IMG/VR virus record: IMGVR_UViG_3300033463_000020
Source: a virus
Lineage: Duplodnaviria > Caudoviricetes
DNA length: 64,000 nucleotides
Strand: one strand, 5' to 3'
In this document: positions 58,464-64,000 of the stretch, piece by piece
Numbering within the stretch: the stretch's first letter is position 1
Layout: each line of letters begins with the position of its first letter
Notes under the pieces: model-generated
Database searches by the model: none
Seen by the model: only the letters and a program-made list of their open reading frames with translations
What the model was told of the DNA's origin: nothing
Translations under genes and position numbers: made by a program

Positions 58464-58619
58464 ATGTGTAAACATTTGAAGGCTGGTACACCAGGCCGTT
58501 AGGTGTGTGCATTAACTAAGAAGGTCTGCCCTTATTAGCGGTATTGCTCACAACAACACAGATATGTGTTGACTGACTGCGTTAAGTGTCCAGCCTTCAA
58601 GCCTAAACCTTAGGATTAA
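58464..58619 (+). CDS. 51-aa Cys-rich protein, 3 TAG (missing from the track)
   Basis: MCKHLKAGTPGRqVCALTKKVCPYqRYCSQQHRYVLTDCVKCPAFKPKPqD (q = TAG). Confidence 0.65.
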
Positions 58620-58624
58620 TTTTT

Positions 58625-58697
58625 ATAGCACCCGGTATTTTACCGGGTGCTATTCCAAAAGGCCCTAATGATTATTAGAGTTTTTTGGAATAGCACC
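58625..58697 (+). promoter_or_regulatory. two mutually exclusive hairpins
   Basis: 13-bp stem 58625-58637/58641-58653 versus 15-bp stem 58646-58660/58683-58697. Confidence 0.6.
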
Positions 58698-58735
58698 TGG
58701 TGGCTACCAACATTTTTTAATAAGGAGAGTTCAAT

Positions 58736-60394
58736 ATGGCAAGACAGAGGCAAGTAACATATTACAAAAATGATGGTAGTGGCGCAACCGCAAATTTTGT
58801 GCATGATGGCCTGGCAGACATACCATTAGATTTTATTGATGACATTGGACGAAATTGGTATGCTGTTCCTGAAGATTGGTCGCGTGCAAATTATATCTTT
58901 GTGCATTGGAATACGGCAGCCGATGATAGCGGTACCGCGTATCGGCCTGGTGAGACCGCCCGTGGTGTAAATGCACAAATATATGCTATTTGGGCACCGG
59001 CGCATTAGCCCAAACGTGGCGGAATGCATTTTTTCCTAGGATCTGTTGGTAAGGCTGAAGCGTTCAGACGTGGTGACGATGGTCAATTAACGTTAGCGTT
59101 TGTTTCCAAGACCTTGACAGATTCCGGTTTGAATATTAGCACCACGAAAGACGATATCCGTGCCGGAGAGGGTGCCCCTATTTAGTTTAGTTTTTATCAT
59201 GATTCCAGTGTTGACGTGACCCTGACTGACGTACTATGGAAGAGAGAGTATTTAGAGGCTCAACTCGGGGCGCGGTTTGCAAATGACGGACAGGGGACTG
59301 ATTATATTACGGAAACCTTAACGGCGGCCAATGGCAAAATCACCATTTGCCGTCCTGAGAGGGTCTTAGATAGCGAAATGCTCGGCATGATGTCTGAACA
59401 GGAGCGGTTCCCCCTATATTGGTCTAATCGTGAGTCGGCAGATGTATTGTCGCGCGTCACATTAACGGTCGATGGGTCTGTCTTCACCTTTTCCGCGTCT
59501 CAATACCAGTTTTTCGGCAGGGTAGATAATAAAGATTGTACTATCTATTACACCGAGTCAGGCGTGTGGGGACAGCAGAGTTGGGAAATTTATTGTCCTC
59601 AACTTTTAGGTCCCGGGTCTTATAGTGTGAAGGTTGTGGAGCCGGGCGATAGTCCGAAGATGCGCAAAATACCTATGCCGTGCGCCGATGGCGACACCTA
59701 TATGGCTTGGTATTCACCGGCTGGGCAAGATGATTGGAAGTCGGTGGCGTCCGAGAATCCCATTAATGAGATATCAGTGGATGCTGTTAACGGTACGCAA
59801 TTTTGTGTGCGGTATCTGGCGGCTGACTCTCGTGCAAAAGTTGCGGAGATCACGTCTTCGATCATTCCCGAAGAATTATTCTTAGTTATTACTGCGCCTA
59901 TATTCGCGGGCGATGCCTGCGCAGCATCGCGCGGCAAAGCTGCAGGACACATTACTTTTGAGATTCCCCGGTTTTAGTTAAACGGCGCGCAAGAGTTTGC
60001 GATGAACATGAGTTCGAATCAAACTATTTCTTTGTCCGGTGTGGCTTTAGCCTCGGCCGCTGAAGACTGTGATACGTCGGCCGGGAAGCTGCTGCGGATT
60101 ATTGAAGTCATTGCCAATGAGGAATGGTATACCGATGTGACGTCTCTCGTGGTAGATGAGGAGTGTTTGGCGGTCGGGGCAACGCCGGTAGTTTACGCTG
60201 TGCGTGCAAATGGTTCGTTGACGCGTTGCGATTTACGCAAATTGATTTGGCGTGCCTCCGGTGATGTTACGTACACACCGATGACCAATGCGTCGACTTT
60301 TGCCGCTGGCGTTACATATATTAATATTAATAATGGCGAGAATCAGGGTGTATTGTCCACAGATGAGGTGGTTAATATTCCTGAAGAAGGTTAA
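58736..60394 (+). CDS. second tail-tube paralog with N-terminal InlB B-repeat/Flg_new-like domain and a ~100-aa insertion, 552 aa, 3 TAG
   Basis: VTYYKNDGSG...YIFVHWNTAADDSGTAY...IYAIW, then near-identity to 57395-58459; TAG at 59006, 59183, 59975. Confidence 0.85.
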
Positions 60395-60417
60395 ACTTTC
60401 AGAAGGAGCGTGAGATT

Positions 60418-60807
60418 ATGAATCCTGAAGTATTAAATATTATTTTAACAGGGCTGAGCATTATTGTTACGGGTCTGTGTTCATGGGCTACTGCCGCCCT
60501 GGTGAGTTTTTTGAATGAAAAAATTAAGGATAAAAAATTAGCGCGGTTTGTGACGCGGATTACCTTAATTGTTACCGACGCGGTCCAATGCATTTATCAA
60601 GAATTTGTTGAGGTGTTGAAAGCCGAGGGCAAATTCGACGAAGCTGCCCAGCAAGAAGCCAAGCGGCGTGCATTGGCGATCATTGAGGGCCAGCTGACCA
60701 ATGAAATGCAAGCCTATATTACGGAGAATTTCGGCGAGATTGAGGCTTGGATTAGCGAGAAGATCGAGGCGGTTATTTATCAGCTGAAAAGGAAGGGTGT
60801 CGTATGA
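60418..60807 (+). CDS. LL-H-family-like holin
   Basis: single N-terminal TM; DAVQ..YQ.FV..LK..GKF...KIEA.IYQLK. Confidence 0.65.
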   Translation: MNPEVLNIILTGLSIIVTGLCSWATAALVSFLNEKIKDKKLARFVTRITLIVTDAVQCIYQEFVEVLKAEGKFDEAAQQEAKRRALAIIEGQLTNEMQAYITENFGEIEAWISEKIEAVIYQLKRKGVV

Positions 60808-61046
60808 CTTTAAGCGAACTTTTGGCTAAGAACGAGGCGACGCGGAAGCGGCGCGAGGCCGAGCGTGCTGCAAGCACGAAAAAGGAAAGGGCGGCGCAAG
60901 CCGTACAAGAAGAGAGTGAAAAGGGGACCGAGGTAGCAGAGGCTGCGCCCAAAAAGCGTGGTCGCAAGCCTGCTAATCGGGAGTATATGGTCGTCGAGGA
61001 TGTTGAACACGTTAACGACGACGATGCTGATTAGGTAAAGGTCTGA
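60804..61046 (+). CDS. small charged protein (TAG at 61032, TGA four codons later)
   Basis: ATGA overlap with the holin gene; KKRGRKP. Confidence 0.6.
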
Positions 61047-61054
61047 CTTTCCTT

Positions 61055-61088
61055 CCCCCCTTTGCGCATGCGCGCAAAGGGGGGTTTT
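61055..61088 (+). terminator. intrinsic terminator
   Basis: CCCCCCTTTGCGC/GCGCAAAGGGGGG stem followed by TTTT. Confidence 0.75.
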
Positions 61089-61111
61089 ATCCAAGTAAAG
61101 GAGGTGGTAGA

Positions 61112-61531
61112 ATGCGCACAGCTGACTCTAACGTTGCGGCGGGTTCGTTCGTAGACGTAATTCGAGATATTGTAAAGCAGGACGGCGAAACGGATGATAG
61201 TTTAGTTTTATGTCAGGTGGCTAGTTAGGATGACGCTTAGCACTATTCGGTGCGCGTGCTACCCGATCTTGAGCAGGTTATTCACGGTCTGCCGAACATG
61301 ACTCGCTATGATCTTGCAGTAGGGGATTATTGTTATGTAATGCGAATTGGCGGCAGCCTGAACAATGCTTTTATTTGCTATGCCAAAGGTGCCAACGAAG
61401 ATGCATCATTAAAATGGGTGTAGGATATGATTGATGCGGCAATTGCTCCGTTATAGCTGGAGATTAACAACTTTTCAAGTACCGTAGTTATTGGTGACGA
61501 GCTTCCCGATGCCCACGGGGAACCATTTTAA
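61112..61531 (+). CDS. 139-aa protein with an OB-fold-like baseplate/spike-type N-terminus, 4 TAG (missing from the track)
   Basis: AAGGAGG RBS; L.VGD.CYV..IGG.LNNAFI; open to TAA when TAG=Gln. Confidence 0.7.
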
Positions 61532-61540
61532 TTGTGTATC

Positions 61541-62209
61541 ATGGAAATTAAATTTCACAATCCGCTTGTGAGTTATTCGCATTTGGTCATGTTTGATTTA
61601 GCTTCTAAAATAACGGGGGTATGTTTGTGGGACCTGGCAGCAGAACGTCCGATTGAGACGACGATATTAAAGGTGCCCGACAATACTGAGTTAGGTGTGG
61701 CTGCTCTTTATGAGCAAATTGCGGCTTTGTTTACTAAGTTAAATGCTCGCGAGGACGTGTCAAAATTGCTAGTATGTAAAGAAGCAATGCCCACACAGTT
61801 ACATGGCGGAGCATCAACCGTTTAGACTTTTATAGCGCTGGCGCGCAGTCATGCTATATTAGATTTGTACACGCAGCAACATGGTTTAGCCATGTATGAT
61901 TATGTTGGGGTGTATCCTATTTCTACGCACGCTTATTTACGGCGCCTACTTAATCTCGAAGCGGGCCAGAAAATAGACAAAAAAGACATTCAAGCATTTG
62001 TGGCGCGAGAGTACGATCTCCCGGCGTTATCTTTCGATGAGGCGGATGCTGTTTTTTTGGCTAAAACTTTTGTTGACGTCAAATGGGACAAGGATTTGAC
62101 TGAGCGTGTGCGTGAAATTGGGCGCCATATCAAAACACTGAAGGATCCTCATCGTATTGCTGCTCTGAAACACGAGCAGGAGATGCTCAACGCATTGAAA
62201 ATTCACTAA
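61541..62209 (+). CDS. RuvC-like Holliday junction resolvase, 222 aa, 1 TAG (61823)
   Basis: FDLASKITG, KE, DEADA acidic motifs. Confidence 0.75.
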
Positions 62210-62220
62210 GGAGGTGGCAC

Positions 62221-63261
62221 ATGGGACGCAGTACAGTGTATAACGTTAATTTGACTAAAGACTGGGATCGGGTGTCCGATGAAAACCGCCGCCTGGTTAA
62301 GGAATATATTTAGTATTGTAAATCGAATGACCGGAGTCCATAGACCATCCATCAATATGAAGAATGGTTAAAAGTTTTTTTCTGCTGGAATTACGCTGAA
62401 AATAATAACAAGTTTTTTGTGGATTTGAAGCGCCGGGATTTCGTATATTATTTTGGCTGGTGCCGTGATCATGGACTCAGCGCAAATCGTATAGCATCTT
62501 TGAAATCTGTGCTAAGCAGTTTATCGGCTGCACTGGAATTGCTATATGAGGATTTGTATCCCAATTTTCATAATCAGTTGCGTGCCTTGGAACCCGTGCG
62601 TATCGCTCCGGTTCGACAAAAAACAGTATTATCCGATGAGCAGATGCACAACATTTTACAGGGTCTGGTGGATCGGCAGGAATACTAGCTAGCATGCTAC
62701 CTGGCACTGGCGTGTGCGTCCGGCAGTCGAAAAGCTGAGCTCTTATAGATGCGGGTAGATTTTTTCACACCCGAGCGCGAGGTCTTTGGTTCTTACATGT
62801 ATTGCACTCCGGAGATCCGCTCTAAGGGGCGTGGCGTCCAGGGCAAGGTTATTAAGAAATATGTTATCAAACAATTATTCGATCCATTCTTATAGTTGTG
62901 GCTAGCCGAGCGTAAACGTTTGGGGATAGAGATACCCGAATTATTTGTTACGAAACGCGCGGGGACATATATACCCGCCACCGTAGCGACCGCTAATGGT
63001 TTCGCGGAGCGGATTTCAAAACTTTTTAATATTGAATATTATGCACACTCTAGTCGACATTTCTTCTGTACGTCATTAAAACGCATGAAATTGCCAGATG
63101 ACGTGATTACGCAGATTTTTGGCTGGAGTAATTCTGATATGATTAAGATTTATTCTGACATCCCAGCAGAAGAGATCTTAGGAGAATTTTTTATGACTTT
63201 TTAGGTGCCCTCGGTGGGTACAGAGGAGAGGCAAAAGGAGGACAGTACTAATGAGCGCTAA
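62221..63261 (+). CDS. tyrosine recombinase, 346 aa, 6 TAG
   Basis: SGSRKAELL[TAG]M, SKG, HSSRH, FGW, IKIY; TAG at 62311, 62341, 62686, 62746, 62893, 63202. Confidence 0.85.
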
Positions 63262-63922
63262 CCAACTATTATTATCTGAGTATTTGGAGCTGACGACGGA
63301 TTTTGCGCAGGAACCGACATTTGAGAAAGAGTCACGAATTACGGATTGGTTGAGTCAACTCGAGGTTCGTGAGTATATGCCCATGAAAGAGAAGGCGCTA
63401 GTAATGATGGACATTCTATCGGGGGCGGCACAAGAATATGACGTCCCGGGTTTGGCGACCCATCTCGAAATGTGCAAAATGGCCCGGGGCTTACTAAGAT
63501 ATTGTACGAATTTAGAGAATGATGTTGAAATTTTATCACTTACCATGGGGGCCTATGATCACATTCAAATTTATGGTTTGGCCAAGGTCGTGAGAGATGT
63601 TTGTCACGAAGATTATGGTGTCTTATGTTCTATGGTGGACAATACCTTTAATATTAGCAATGTGAAAACATTTGCTGATACCGCCGCTTTGCTAAATAAG
63701 ACAGAGTATGATAAGTGGGTTAATACAATGAAGCAACTGAAGAGCGAGCTGACGCCCGAGGTACTACAAGGTTTAATGGCAGCTAGTAATATGTCAGCAC
63801 CAGAGTTTGCTGATCTAAGTAAGGCTTTGGCCGAAACCGCCTTGCGGGATGCGGCAAATCAGCTGGCCGCTACAGAGTTACGCGAACAAGCCGCGGCTGA
63901 AACGCCGGCGGAGCAAGAATAA
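63251..63922 (+). CDS. hypothetical protein (possible tail assembly chaperone)
   Basis: AAGGAGG RBS, V.EYMPMKEK motif, position. Confidence 0.55.
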   Translation: MSANQLLLSEYLELTTDFAQEPTFEKESRITDWLSQLEVREYMPMKEKALVMMDILSGAAQEYDVPGLATHLEMCKMARGLLRYCTNLENDVEILSLTMGAYDHIQIYGLAKVVRDVCHEDYGVLCSMVDNTFNISNVKTFADTAALLNKTEYDKWVNTMKQLKSELTPEVLQGLMAASNMSAPEFADLSKALAETALRDAANQLAATELREQAAAETPAEQE

Positions 63923-64000
63923 GAGCTATCGGAGGCGTCTCATGGGAGAAGAGAAAATTACACTCTATACCACACATTGCCCCAAATGTAAGGTACTGGC

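Noticed and set aside
57395-60394. Diversity-generating retroelement template/variable repeat pair
   Set aside because: Differences are mostly synonymous and not adenine-specific, and no reverse transcriptase was seen in the window.
43048-63261. Pseudogenised or decayed prophage explanation for the fragmented late genes
   Set aside because: All interruptions are TAG, there are no frameshifts, catalytic motifs are intact and gene junctions are restored by read-through.

Overview
About 64 kb of a large tailed phage genome, with SPbeta-like gene families and a probable Bacillota host (inferred from the Shine-Dalgarno sites, sigmaA-type promoters and gene content). The phage uses an alternative genetic code in which TAG encodes Gln (code 15). 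Layout: (1) 0-2.3 kb, mostly non-coding, with three gapless 144-bp repeats. (2) 2.3-40.5 kb, minus-strand early/middle genes: host-takeover-type small ORFs, a methyltransferase, a divergent sigma70, a CHC2 Zn-finger protein, a PcfJ-domain protein, a MoxR-AAA/vWA pair, a SleB-like hydrolase, a ~700-nt highly structured ncRNA candidate, lipoproteins, a Zn-ribbon gene array and a YonO-like single-subunit RNA polymerase. (3) 40.5-40.8 kb, a strand switch with an iteron-like array and back-to-back promoters. (4) 40.8-64 kb, plus-strand late genes: phosphoesterase, terminase, portal, protease/scaffold, capsid, neck and tail proteins, a duplicated tail tube gene, holin, RuvC-like resolvase and tyrosine recombinase. 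Reading TAG as Gln joins the fragmented ORFs of the supplied track into full genes (about 55 in-frame TAGs in about 22 genes, hand count) and reveals five genes the track misses. Early genes essentially avoid TAG, whereas the late-type RNA polymerase itself carries a TAG at codon 63, suggesting a code-switch-gated late programme. No suppressor tRNA or release factor was recognised in this window. All product calls come from motif recognition by eye, not from database searches.
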